DNA from: Polyangiales bacterium
GTDB taxonomy: Bacteria; Myxococcota_A; Polyangia; Polyangiales; Polyangiaceae
Direction: 5' to 3'
Assembly: GCA_038230375.1 (NCBI GenBank)
Contig: JBBRNJ010000001.1
Span: 232,929 to 296,928, forward strand
DNA length: 64,000 nucleotides
Position numbers and translations under genes: made by a program. Positions 1 to 9,025 of the stretch are shown here, in pieces (position 1 is the first letter of the stretch; every line of letters starts with the position of its first letter). The notes under the pieces are model-generated. The model was not told where the DNA came from and did no database searches. It saw only the letters and a program-made list of their open reading frames with translations.

Positions 1-647
1 AGCGCGAGCTTCATGGTCTCCGTGCCGCGGAGCTCACCCACGAGCACCACGTTCGGATCCTCACGACCGGCCGCACGAATCGCTGCGGCGAAGCTGCCCG
101 CATGCGCGCCGACCTCGCGATGGGTGACCTGCGCCTTCTCGGGCGTGTGCACGAACTCGACGGGGTCCTCGACCGTGATGATGTGGCACGCCCGCGTCTG
201 GTTGATGTGACGGATCATCGCCGCGAGCGTGGTGGACTTGCCGGAGCCGGTGGGCCCGGTCACCAGGATCAGGCCGGCATGGCGCTCCGCGAGCTTCCTG
301 ACGGCGTCCGGGCACGCCAGATCCTTGAGCGTGGGGATCTTCGTGGGGATGGTGCGGAACACCGCTCCAGGCCCCGTGGTCTTGTTGAAGTAGTTTGCGC
401 GGAAGCGCGCCTTGTCGCCGTACGCGTGGGAGAAGTCGAGGTCGAGCTCGGCCTCGAACTTGTGCCGGAGGTCCTCCGACAAGAGCTCGAACAGCAGGCC
501 ACGCAGCTCCGCGAGCGAGAGGGGGTTGTCGCGCAAGGAGACCAGCTGACCGCGGATCCGGCCTGTGGGTGGATGGCCAACGGCAAGGTGAAGATCGCTC
601 CCGTTCTGCAGGAGCAGTGCGTCGAACAACATGTCGATCTGGGCCAT
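1..647 (-). CDS. pilT: Type IV pilus retraction ATPase, PilT/PilU family (3' end outside the window)
   Basis: Not in the ORF track. Manual translation from ATG at 647 gives MAQIDMLFDALLLQNGSDLHLAVGHPP..., Walker A GPTGSGKSTT, HIITVEDPVEF, THREVG and EDPNVVLVGELR. Confidence 0.9.
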   Translation of the reverse strand, partial: MAQIDMLFDALLLQNGSDLHLAVGHPPTGRIRGQLVSLRDNPLSLAELRGLLFELLSEDLRHKFEAELDLDFSHAYGDKARFRANYFNKTTGPGAVFRTIPTKIPTLKDLACPDAVRKLAERHAGLILVTGPTGSGKSTTLAAMIRHINQTRACHIITVEDPVEFVHTPEKAQVTHREVGAHAGSFAAAIRAAGREDPNVVLVGELRGTETMKLA

Positions 648-651
648 GGCT

Positions 652-2595
652 CTAGGTCCCTCCCCGCACGAGCGCGTCGAGCTCGTTCGGTGACTCGGAG
701 GCCGCGCGTGCGTCGTCGAGCGACACACGGCGCGTCTTGACCAGGTCAGCAAGGGACTCGTCCAGACGAACGATCCCGAGCGCCTTCCCGCGCTGCTGGA
801 GGCTCGGGATCTGGAACGTCTTTGCGTCGCGGATGAGCGCAGACAGCGGCGGCGACGCCGGGAGCAGCTCCAGCGCCGCGTGCACCTGGGCGCGATCGGG
901 GCTGGGGACAAGGCGCTGGCTGACGATGAGGCGGAGGCCCGCTGCGAGCGTCAACCGGACCTGCGGCTGATCGGCAGGCGGGAACAGATCGATGAGGCGG
1001 TCGATCGTCTTCGCGGCGCTCGGTGTGTTCATGGTGCCGAGCACCAGGTGTCCGGTCTCGCTCGCGGCAACGGCCATACGCACCGTCTCCACGTCGCGCA
1101 GCTCGCCAACGACGATCACGTCCGGATCTTCGCGGAGCGAGCCCTTCAGCGCGCTGCCGAACGATTGCGTGTGCGTCCCGACCTCGCGCTGGCTGATGAA
1201 GGCGCGCTTCCTGGGGTGGATGTGCTCGACGGGGTCCTCCACCGTGATGATGTGGTGGGTGGTGTTGCGGTTGAGCAGGTCGACAACGGCGGTGAGCGTG
1301 GTGGTCTTTCCGTGGCCGGTGGGCCCCGTGAACACGACGAGACCCTGATGATGGCTGGTAGCCTGCGCGACGCCGGGTGGAAGACCAAGGGACTCGATGG
1401 ATGGCAGCTCGCGCGAGATGATCCGGAACACGGCCATGAGCCCGCCCTGATGACGAGCGACGTTCACGCGGAACCGACCGTGCCGCGGGCTCTCGTACGC
1501 GAAGTCGCACGACCCGTCCTCGCGCAGCTGTGCCTTGAGGCGCGGCGGAATGAGTGGGCGCACGTTGGCCTCGACCAGCGCTGGTGCGAGCACCTCCCCG
1601 ATCGGACGCAGCTCGCCGGCGATCCGGAAGAGGACTGGACGGCCAGCGATGATCAAGAGGTCGCTGGCGAGCTGACGACGCGCCTCGAAGAGGATCGATT
1701 CGAACATCGCGCCGCCATCCGGCGGAGGCGGTGAGATGGACGCCACCGCAGAGACCGCCGGTCCGTCGGCAGGCTGCGCGACCATCACGGGAGGAGCGAT
1801 CACGGGAGGTGCGATCACGGGAGGAGCGATCACGGGAGGTGCGATCACGGGAGGAGCGACCACGGGCGGCGGTGTGGGAGCTGCGGCTGGCGTGGCGAGC
1901 TCCGTCTTCGCCATGGCGCGCGGCGACGAATCCCCTCGGGTGACGGTGGGCGAAGGCGTGGGCGTGGCGTGGCGGTTCAGCGACGCACCGATCTGCTCGG
2001 ACCGCGCGGACGGCGCAGGCACAGCGATCGGACGAGCGTCACGTGTGGCGATCGCGGCATCGGATGGCGCCGCCAGACCGGGCTTTGTCGGAAGCTTCGG
2101 TGGCTCGTCAGGGTCATCGCGCCGCACCGTTTTGGGTACGACCTTCGCCTCGACCCTGGCCTCGATCTTCACCTCGGGCTGTGTCTCGGCCTGCGCCTTC
2201 CGGTCGACCTTGGCCTCGATCTTCACCTCGGGCTTGGCCTCGACCTTCGCCTCGACCTTGGCGGCGGGCTTGGCATCGGGCTTCACATCGCGCTTGGAGA
2301 CCGTGATCTTCGCCTGGATCTCCTGACCCCGCTGCAACGCGGAGAGCCCGACCACGCCGAAGCCCATCACGCGCGACGTCCACTGCTTCGGGGTGGACCC
2401 CAGATCCTCGACGTAGCGGCTCCCGCCAAGCGCCATGAGCAGCGTGAGGATGTCGTCGCCGGTGAGCTTCGTTTCCATGACGGGGTCGAGCGCAACCCCT
2501 GCGCGCGCCGCCGGCCGTCTGTCGCTTACGAGAACCAGCTCCGACACTTCAGGGATGTCAAAGGACTTCAGCAGCTCATCCAAGAATTTGGTCAC
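652..2595 (-). CDS. PilT/PilU-family ATPase with an extra N-terminal domain and a low-complexity linker
   Basis: C-terminal ~350 aa carry GPTGHGKTT, TVEDPVE, SQREVG, EDPDVIVVGELRD and SETGHLV. The N-terminal ~290 aa contain KVEAK and PPVIA repeats. Confidence 0.9.
   Translation of the reverse strand: MTKFLDELLKSFDIPEVSELVLVSDRRPAARAGVALDPVMETKLTGDDILTLLMALGGSRYVEDLGSTPKQWTSRVMGFGVVGLSALQRGQEIQAKITVSKRDVKPDAKPAAKVEAKVEAKPEVKIEAKVDRKAQAETQPEVKIEARVEAKVVPKTVRRDDPDEPPKLPTKPGLAAPSDAAIATRDARPIAVPAPSARSEQIGASLNRHATPTPSPTVTRGDSSPRAMAKTELATPAAAPTPPPVVAPPVIAPPVIAPPVIAPPVIAPPVMVAQPADGPAVSAVASISPPPPDGGAMFESILFEARRQLASDLLIIAGRPVLFRIAGELRPIGEVLAPALVEANVRPLIPPRLKAQLREDGSCDFAYESPRHGRFRVNVARHQGGLMAVFRIISRELPSIESLGLPPGVAQATSHHQGLVVFTGPTGHGKTTTLTAVVDLLNRNTTHHIITVEDPVEHIHPRKRAFISQREVGTHTQSFGSALKGSLREDPDVIVVGELRDVETVRMAVAASETGHLVLGTMNTPSAAKTIDRLIDLFPPADQPQVRLTLAAGLRLIVSQRLVPSPDRAQVHAALELLPASPPLSALIRDAKTFQIPSLQQRGKALGIVRLDESLADLVKTRRVSLDDARAASESPNELDALVRGGT
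1786..1870. repeat. 15-bp coding tandem repeat (CACGGGAGGWGCGAT, about 5.5 copies) encoding PPVIA
   Basis: Directly visible; units alternate GGA/GGT, implying a 30-bp higher-order duplication. Confidence 0.9.
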
Positions 2596-2607
2596 GACCG
2601 GTCGATC

Positions 2608-3918
2608 TTACATGGGTCGGTACCACTTGTCTCGGGCCCGCGGCCCGCTGCTCGTCGCAACGAGCGGGACACCAAGGCGTGCGGCGACATCCTCTGCGTA
2701 GGTCGCGCGGTCGAAGGAAGACAGCCTAGGCGTCACGTCTGCGAGCGCGCGGGAAAGGCGCTCTTGATGCAGCAAATCGGCGGGCCGAACCACGCGAAGC
2801 TCGCCGCGAGCGTCCCACATCGTCTCATCCGTGCCGTCGTACCCATCGCAGACCGGGACGCGCTCACCCAGAAGAGCGAGCCGATCGAGGTTCGAGATGA
2901 GAAGGCCGTCCACACGACCGAGCACGCGAAGGGCGTACCTTGTCGCGACGAGATCGAGCGGTCCGCTGCGAAACGAGCCTTGCCACTCACCCCATTGGTT
3001 GTGATCGTGCGCGGACAGCGCGCTCCACGAAGGCATTGCGGTCACCATGGGGCCAGCGCCATGACGTGTGGTGTAGGCCCGCAGCACGCCCAGGCGCAGC
3101 ACCTTGCCGTCGAAGCCCGCGAGCAGATCCTCGGCGTTCCTCCATGTGATGTCAGTCCATGTCGTGTAGGGGTGAAAACCCAGGTCCTGGTCGAGCAGGA
3201 CACCTTGCGCGCCCTCGAACACGACGTGGCCCGGCCCCGCGAGCACGCCCGCGAGCAGCTCCGGCCCGACGATGCGAGCCGTACGAACGAACGCCTGGTA
3301 GCGCTCGAGCGCAAGGTCGACCATCGCCGGATCCGCCAGGAGAGAGAGCTCGCGCTCCACGGCCTCGTGCTCGGGAAGAGTGAGAGAGCGCGCGGCGACG
3401 AGCTTGCGCATGCGCACCGCGTCGAGGAGTCGTCGCGCCTTGTCCGGCTCCTCGAGATCGCCCACGCGAAGGACGTCGTCCATGCCGTCCACCACGTCCT
3501 TCATCGTGTCGCCGATGCCCATGCCGCAGCTGCCGTGGCGTTGCGTGCGGGCCATCTCGCGCAGGCGGTTCATGGCCACGTGGAACGGCGTCGTGATGAC
3601 GGCGCCGCGCTCCACGTGCAGAAGAGAGAGCGGATCACGAACGCCCACGTTTGTAAGCTTCTTCGCCTCCGCCAGCGCGAAGATTGGATTCACCAGCACG
3701 TGCCGCGAGAGCAGCGTGGGCACGCCATTGAACGTGCCGCTCCCCCACTGCGCGAAGGTATGGTGACGCTCGCCCGACACGACGTTGTGCGCGGCCTGCG
3801 CGCCCCCGTTGTACCGGACGACCAACCCCGCACCTTCGCGCTGCGAGAGAGAGTCCACGAACGTGCCTTTTCCTTCGTCACCGAAGCCGAGACCGCACGT
3901 GAGCGTCACCCTGGCCAT
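2608..3918 (-). CDS. Divergent adenylosuccinate synthetase (PurA)-family protein, 436 aa
   Basis: ATG at 3918 (MARVTLTCGLGFGDEGKG); RYNGGAQAAH, FEGAQG, RAYTTRHGAGP, SSGP. The canonical GATTGRxR aspartate loop is absent. Confidence 0.88.
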   Translation of the reverse strand: MARVTLTCGLGFGDEGKGTFVDSLSQREGAGLVVRYNGGAQAAHNVVSGERHHTFAQWGSGTFNGVPTLLSRHVLVNPIFALAEAKKLTNVGVRDPLSLLHVERGAVITTPFHVAMNRLREMARTQRHGSCGMGIGDTMKDVVDGMDDVLRVGDLEEPDKARRLLDAVRMRKLVAARSLTLPEHEAVERELSLLADPAMVDLALERYQAFVRTARIVGPELLAGVLAGPGHVVFEGAQGVLLDQDLGFHPYTTWTDITWRNAEDLLAGFDGKVLRLGVLRAYTTRHGAGPMVTAMPSWSALSAHDHNQWGEWQGSFRSGPLDLVATRYALRVLGRVDGLLISNLDRLALLGERVPVCDGYDGTDETMWDARGELRVVRPADLLHQERLSRALADVTPRLSSFDRATYAEDVAARLGVPLVATSSGPRARDKWYRPM

Positions 3919-3920
3919 GG

Positions 3921-4925
3921 CTACAGCCTCCCCGTTCGCTCGGTGGGTGAGGCGCCGCGCCTCGCGGTCGGGAGGGCGCCCTTCGCAACCGTGGCGAGCG
4001 CGGTCTTTGCGGCCAGCTGGGCAAGCGCGCCCGCGACGCCCAGCGCGACGTCCGCCGGAACTCCTCCATCCGTGAGATCGCCTGCGAGCGCATCCACGTT
4101 CGCCGTCCCCTCGCAGAGCCCGATCGCAAGGCCGATCGCCTCGCACACGCCCTCCGCGTCCGGAAGCATGAGCACGTTCTCCATGCCCAGGAGCGACTGC
4201 CACCGCTCGGCAAGCGCGGGGTCCGACCCATGGCTCGCGCCGTTCGGGATGATGAAGAACACGTGGTAGCGCTCGCGCGCCTCGCGGATGATCTTCTCGA
4301 TGGGGATCGGCGCGGTCACGTCGTCACCGACGATCTTGGAGAGCTCCGCGACGCTCGCCTCCTTGTAGGGCATCTCGTCGCCGATCAGGAACAGGTAGCC
4401 CTTCTTCTTGCGCTTGTCGAAGCAGTCGATGCTGGTGTGGCGCGCGAAGAAGTAGAGCGGGAGCTGGTAGCTCTCCTCGTAGGTACCTCCGCCGCCGCCC
4501 TCCAGGTAGAGGCGCCCAAGGTCGTCATCCATCTCGATGCCGCTCTCGAACTGCCCGACCTGCAGCGGCACGCGATCCGAGTTGTGGTCGCCCACGGCGC
4601 CGAACAAGATCTGTGGGTCCTGCACGTATCCCTTCCGTGACAGGAGACCCATGAGCTGCGGCAGCTTCTTCTGCAGCGTGACGGGAATGCCGCCCATCGA
4701 GCCCGTCACGTCGAACACCACGCCGATCGCGACCGAATTCGGATGCGTATCCGAGTCGCGCGACTCGCGGGTCTTGCCGCGCGGGTCCATCATCGGGTGC
4801 GCGGCCTTCTTCGCCTTCGGGTCTGCCCGCAGGCTCGCGTCGTAGACGAACGCGCTCTTGCCGGTGCTCTTCCGAAAGGCCTCGCGGTCCGCGTAGAAAT
4901 CGTCACTCCAGTGGCTTCCACCCAT
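3921..4925 (-). CDS. von Willebrand factor A (vWA) domain protein, 334 aa
   Basis: ATG at 4925 preceded by AAGGAGG; MIDAS motif VVFDVTGSMG; later GGGG-TYEESY and LFLIGDE. Confidence 0.85.
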   Translation of the reverse strand: MGGSHWSDDFYADREAFRKSTGKSAFVYDASLRADPKAKKAAHPMMDPRGKTRESRDSDTHPNSVAIGVVFDVTGSMGGIPVTLQKKLPQLMGLLSRKGYVQDPQILFGAVGDHNSDRVPLQVGQFESGIEMDDDLGRLYLEGGGGGTYEESYQLPLYFFARHTSIDCFDKRKKKGYLFLIGDEMPYKEASVAELSKIVGDDVTAPIPIEKIIREARERYHVFFIIPNGASHGSDPALAERWQSLLGMENVLMLPDAEGVCEAIGLAIGLCEGTANVDALAGDLTDGGVPADVALGVAGALAQLAAKTALATVAKGALPTARRGASPTERTGRL

Positions 4926-4959
4926 GACATGCCTCCTTCTATTTCTTCTCTGTTCAGAC

Positions 4960-6012
4960 TCACTCCGGCAGCAACAGCGGCCGGTAGACGGGCTTGCCGA
5001 GGAGCCTCGTCGCCAATCGATCGAGCTCCTCATGCAGCACCCATGCATCATCGGGGCGACGCGCGAGCTTCTCGTGCGTGCACGTCGCCAGGAAATCGCG
5101 CAGCTCCCGTGGAGCACTGGCGGGCAGGAGCCACGTCAGCGTCTTCGCCGCCATGAACACGTCGGTTCCGGGTTCGGCCGGCTCGCCCCTCAGCACTTCT
5201 CCCGGATAGAGCGCGCGGTGCGCGGGTGACAGCGCCGGGATCTTCTCGCCGCGCGGCACCGCGTAGCAGAAGTCCGTGAGCACCGCGCCGTGCGTTAGCG
5301 GATGCACAAGCACATGCAGCGGGAGCACCGCGCCGTGCACGAACCCGCGGGTGTGCACGAAACCCAGCACGGACAGGAGCCGCTTTGCGATCCACACGAC
5401 GTCGCGCACATCCACATGGCCGCGCACCAGCGTGAGAGCGCGATGCTCTCCGAACAGCGGCATCACGTTCGCGCGCCGCCCGTCCTCCATCGTCATGGAG
5501 TCCAGCAACGCGGGCAGCTGCTGCAGAAACCGCGGTGCAGTCTTCTCCTTCCCGAAGAGCGCGCGGAGCGTTGTGGCCTCCGCATCGAGCAGATCGTTGT
5601 CGTCGGCGCTGCGTGCGACCTTCAGGAGCACGCGGGGGTTTTCGGGATCGTCGCCGTCGGCCGGGTAGAGCTCGCACACGTCGCCTTCGATCACCGGGCC
5701 CAGCGTGTTGTACATGCGCCGCTTCGTGCGGATGGTCGCGCGCTCACCCACGGGCAGTCCGTCGCCGTAGAGCCCCAGCTCGATCTTGTACTCCGCCGCG
5801 CGGCGGAGCGCGTTCACGCGGACAAGACCGCGGGTCGCCGCATCACGCTCGCGGTCGCTGGCGCGGTCGGGGTGAATGACGTGTGCGAGCTCGCGGTAGC
5901 GGTGCGACAGCGTCCCCAGCTTGTCCGCGCGGGTGCCGGCGAGCGCTCCGAACAGCTCTTCGGGCGCGCTGGCATGAAGGGCCCTCTCTATCTGCCGTGC
6001 CGCGGTGCTCAT
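4960..6012 (-). CDS. J-domain-like (HPD) plus Ser/Thr-kinase-like fusion protein, about 350 aa
   Basis: YRELAHVIHPDR (J-domain HPD). Kinase-fold motifs VLLKVAR, FVHGAVLPLHVLV, LTDFCY, YPGEV, DVF. Start at 6012 or 6024. Confidence 0.8.
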   Translation of the reverse strand: MSTAARQIERALHASAPEELFGALAGTRADKLGTLSHRYRELAHVIHPDRASDRERDAATRGLVRVNALRRAAEYKIELGLYGDGLPVGERATIRTKRRMYNTLGPVIEGDVCELYPADGDDPENPRVLLKVARSADDNDLLDAEATTLRALFGKEKTAPRFLQQLPALLDSMTMEDGRRANVMPLFGEHRALTLVRGHVDVRDVVWIAKRLLSVLGFVHTRGFVHGAVLPLHVLVHPLTHGAVLTDFCYAVPRGEKIPALSPAHRALYPGEVLRGEPAEPGTDVFMAAKTLTWLLPASAPRELRDFLATCTHEKLARRPDDAWVLHEELDRLATRLLGKPVYRPLLLPE

Positions 6013-6050
6013 ACGAGAGAACATGGGACTCCTTGATAAAGTGTCAAGTA
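6013..6050 (-). promoter_or_regulatory. Putative sigma70-type promoter with an overlapping palindromic operator
   Basis: Minus strand reads TTGACA (6047-6042)-N16-CATGTT-N7-ATG (6012). An imperfect palindrome CTTGA-N7-TCAAG at 6032-6048 covers the -35 element. Confidence 0.5.
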
Positions 6051-6081
6051 CTTTTTCTGTGGGTTGGTGTATGTTGGGCGC

Positions 6082-7191
6082 ATGAGAACGCGCGCTGCCG
6101 TCGCCTACGAACCGAACAAGCCTCTGGTGATCGAGACCGTGGACCTGGAAGGGCCCAAGGCCGGTGAGGTGCTCGTCGAGATCAAGGCGACCGGCATCTG
6201 CCACACCGACGAGTTCACGCGCTCAGGCGGTGACCCCGAGGGGCTCTTCCCGGTCGTCTTCGGTCACGAAGGCGCTGGTGTCGTGGTGGACGTAGGGCCG
6301 GGCGTCACGACTTTGGAGATGGGTGACCACGTCATTCCGCTCTACACGCCGGAGTGTCGCGCGTGCAAATCGTGCCTCTCGCAGAAGACGAACCTGTGTA
6401 CGGCCATTCGCGCCACGCAGGGCAAGGGCGTGATGCCGGACGGGACGTCGCGCTTCTCCATCGGCGGCAAGAAGATCCACCACTACATGGGCTGCTCGAC
6501 GTTCGCGAACCACACGGTCCTTCCGGAGATCGCGCTCGCGAAGGTCCGCAAGGACGCCCCATTCGAGAAGATCTGTTACATCGGCTGCGGCGTCACCACG
6601 GGCCTGGGCGCGGTGTTCAACACGGCGAAGGTGGAGCCGGGCGCCAACGTCGTCATCTTCGGCCTTGGCGGCATCGGCCTGAACGTGGTGCAGGGCGCGC
6701 GCATCGCCGGCGCGGACATGATCGTTGGCGTGGACCTCAATCCCAAGCGCGAGGCCCTGGCGCGCAAGTTCGGCCTCACGCACTTCGTGAACCCGAAGGA
6801 CGTGAAGGGCGACCTGGTCGCGCACCTGGTGGAGCTCACGAAGGGCGGCGCGGACTACAGTTTCGAGTGCGTGGGCAACGTGGACCTCATGCGCCAGGCG
6901 CTGGAGTGCTGCCACCGCGGCTGGGGCGAGTCGATCATCATCGGCGTGGCCGCAGCGGGCCAGGAGGTGAAGACGCGTCCGTTCCAGCTGGTCACCGGGC
7001 GCGTGTGGAAGGGTACTGCGTTCGGCGGCGCGCGAGGCCGCACCGAAGTGCCCAAGATCGTCGACTGGTACATGGACAAGAAGATCGACATCGACACCAT
7101 GATCACGCACACGCTGCCGCTCGAGCGCATCAACGAGGCATTCGATCTGATGCACTCGGGCGACTCGATCCGCACGGTGGTCACGTTCTGA
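6082..7191 (+). CDS. frmA: S-(hydroxymethyl)glutathione dehydrogenase / class III alcohol dehydrogenase
   Basis: GICHTD, GHEGAG, structural-Zn [31 protein letters not shown]. Confidence 0.95.
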   Translation: MRTRAAVAYEPNKPLVIETVDLEGPKAGEVLVEIKATGICHTDEFTRSGGDPEGLFPVVFGHEGAGVVVDVGPGVTTLEMGDHVIPLYTPECRACKSCLSQKTNLCTAIRATQGKGVMPDGTSRFSIGGKKIHHYMGCSTFANHTVLPEIALAKVRKDAPFEKICYIGCGVTTGLGAVFNTAKVEPGANVVIFGLGGIGLNVVQGARIAGADMIVGVDLNPKREALARKFGLTHFVNPKDVKGDLVAHLVELTKGGADYSFECVGNVDLMRQALECCHRGWGESIIIGVAAAGQEVKTRPFQLVTGRVWKGTAFGGARGRTEVPKIVDWYMDKKIDIDTMITHTLPLERINEAFDLMHSGDSIRTVVTF

Positions 7192-7192
7192 C

Positions 7193-8956
7193 ATGATCGA
7201 TCTCAAGATCACCGGCGGCACCATCGTGGACGGCACCGGCCGCGCCGCCTTCACGGGAGACGTGGGAATCGACGCCGGGCGCATCGTCGCCGTGGGTGAG
7301 TGCAAGGAGAGCGCGCGTCGCACGCTCAGCGCGAACGGCGCGCATGTGCTGCCCGGCTTCGTGGACATCCACACGCACTACGACGGGCAGGTCTCGTGGG
7401 ACGAGGAGCTGTCGCCCACGTCCATGCACGGCGTCACCACGTGCGTGATGGGAAGCTGCGGTGTGGGCTTCGCGCCGGTGCGCCCGGGCCGTGAGGACAA
7501 GCTCATCGAGCTCATGGAAGGCGTGGAGGACATTCCCGGCTCCGCGCTCGCAGAGGGCATCAAGTGGGGCTGGGAATCGTTTGCACAATACATGGATGTG
7601 ATCGGGGCCATACCCCACGCGATCGACTTCCTGGTGCAGGTGCCGCACGACCCGCTCCGCATGTACGTCATGGGCGAGCGCGCCATTGCATCGGAGACGG
7701 CAACGGACGACGACATCCTGGAGATGCAGCGGCTTCTCCGCGGCGCTCTCCTTGCGGGCGCTGCCGGCTTCACCACGGGCCGCAGCGACAATCACCGCAC
7801 GGCACGCGGCGCCGCAACGCCTGCGTCGGAGGTGGACGGGCGCGAGCTCGCGGGCATCGCGCACGCATTCCAGGGTCTCTCGCATGGCGTGCTTCAGGCC
7901 GTGAGCGACTTCGACATGATGCGCGGCCCGGAGCGCTTCGGCCCCGAGCTCGAGCTTCTGCTCCACATGGCGGAGGCGACCGGCGGACGGCCCCTGTCCA
8001 TCTCCACGATGCAGCGCGATCATGCGCCGGACCAGTGGCGCAAGATCCTCGAGGGCGCCGAGCAAGCCTCCGGACGCGGGCTCGACGTGCGCTGTCAGGT
8101 CGGCGCGCGCGGCATCGGCGTGCTCCTTGGTCTCGAGGCGACGTTCCACCCGTTCATGGGCTTCCCTTCGTACAAGGCGATCGCGCAGCTCTCGCTTCCG
8201 GAGCGCGTCGCGCGCATGAAGACGCCGGAGCTACGCGCGAAGATCCTGTCCGAGAAGAGCGAGAAGATCGCAGGCGACGGGACCGCCATCCCGCCGCTCG
8301 CGGACTTCTTCCTTGCGAACCTGGACATGGTCTCCATGCGGCTCTACCCGATGGGCGAGCGCCCCGACTACGAGCCCAAGATGAACACCTGCCTGCTCGC
8401 GGACGCCACGCGCACCGGCACGCCCGTGCTGGAGGTGATCTACGACGCGCTCCTTCGGGACGAGGGCAAGGCGCTCCTCTACTTCCCGGTCTACAACTAC
8501 ACGGGCCTCAACCTGGACGTGGTGCACGAGATGCTCATGCATCCGCGCGCGCTCATGGGCCTGGGCGATGGCGGCGCGCACGTGGGCACCGTGTGTGATG
8601 CGAGCATGCCGACCTTCCTGCTCACGCACTGGGCACGCGACAGAGCGAACGCCGGATCGCCTGGAATTTCCATGGAACGCGTGGTGAGGATGCAGGCGCA
8701 CGACACCGCGCGCTTCATCGGCCTGAACGATCGCGGCACGCTGGAGGTGGGCATGCGCGCGGACCTGAACGTGGTGGACCTCCAGAAGCTCGCGCTCCTT
8801 CGCCCCACGATGCAGAACGATCTCCCGGGAGGAGGCCGTCGCCTCGTGCAGAGAGCGGAGGGCTACCTCGCGACGTTCGTGGGTGGCGAACAGATCTCCG
8901 ACGGCGGCGTCCTCAACGGCGCGCGGCCAGGGCACCTGGTCCGTCTCCGAAGCTGA
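7193..8956 (+). CDS. N-acyl-D-amino-acid deacylase family amidohydrolase
   Basis: ITGGTIVDGTG, PGFVDIHTHYD, GSCGVGFAP, DGGAH, RGTLEVGMRADL. Confidence 0.88.
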   Translation: MIDLKITGGTIVDGTGRAAFTGDVGIDAGRIVAVGECKESARRTLSANGAHVLPGFVDIHTHYDGQVSWDEELSPTSMHGVTTCVMGSCGVGFAPVRPGREDKLIELMEGVEDIPGSALAEGIKWGWESFAQYMDVIGAIPHAIDFLVQVPHDPLRMYVMGERAIASETATDDDILEMQRLLRGALLAGAAGFTTGRSDNHRTARGAATPASEVDGRELAGIAHAFQGLSHGVLQAVSDFDMMRGPERFGPELELLLHMAEATGGRPLSISTMQRDHAPDQWRKILEGAEQASGRGLDVRCQVGARGIGVLLGLEATFHPFMGFPSYKAIAQLSLPERVARMKTPELRAKILSEKSEKIAGDGTAIPPLADFFLANLDMVSMRLYPMGERPDYEPKMNTCLLADATRTGTPVLEVIYDALLRDEGKALLYFPVYNYTGLNLDVVHEMLMHPRALMGLGDGGAHVGTVCDASMPTFLLTHWARDRANAGSPGISMERVVRMQAHDTARFIGLNDRGTLEVGMRADLNVVDLQKLALLRPTMQNDLPGGGRRLVQRAEGYLATFVGGEQISDGGVLNGARPGHLVRLRS

Positions 8957-8964
8957 CCCCACGA

Positions 8965-9025
8965 ACTTCGACATCGACAGCGACTTCGACTTCGACCTCG
9001 ACTTCGACTTGGCTTCGACCCCGAC
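8965..9025. repeat. Degenerate hexamer tandem repeat (YTCGAC)n between convergent genes
   Basis: ttcgac atcgac agcgac ttcgac ttcgac ctcgac ttcgac..., about 10 units. Confidence 0.85.

Noticed and set aside
1786..2280. CRISPR-like array
   Set aside because: Contiguous in-frame coding repeats with no unique spacers, and no cas genes in the window.
2608..3918. PurZ (Z-genome) assignment or plain housekeeping purA
   Set aside because: It keeps the catalytic Asp in GDEGKG, unlike PurZ, and has no phage context. It lacks the aspartate loop of PurA, so no symbol was given.
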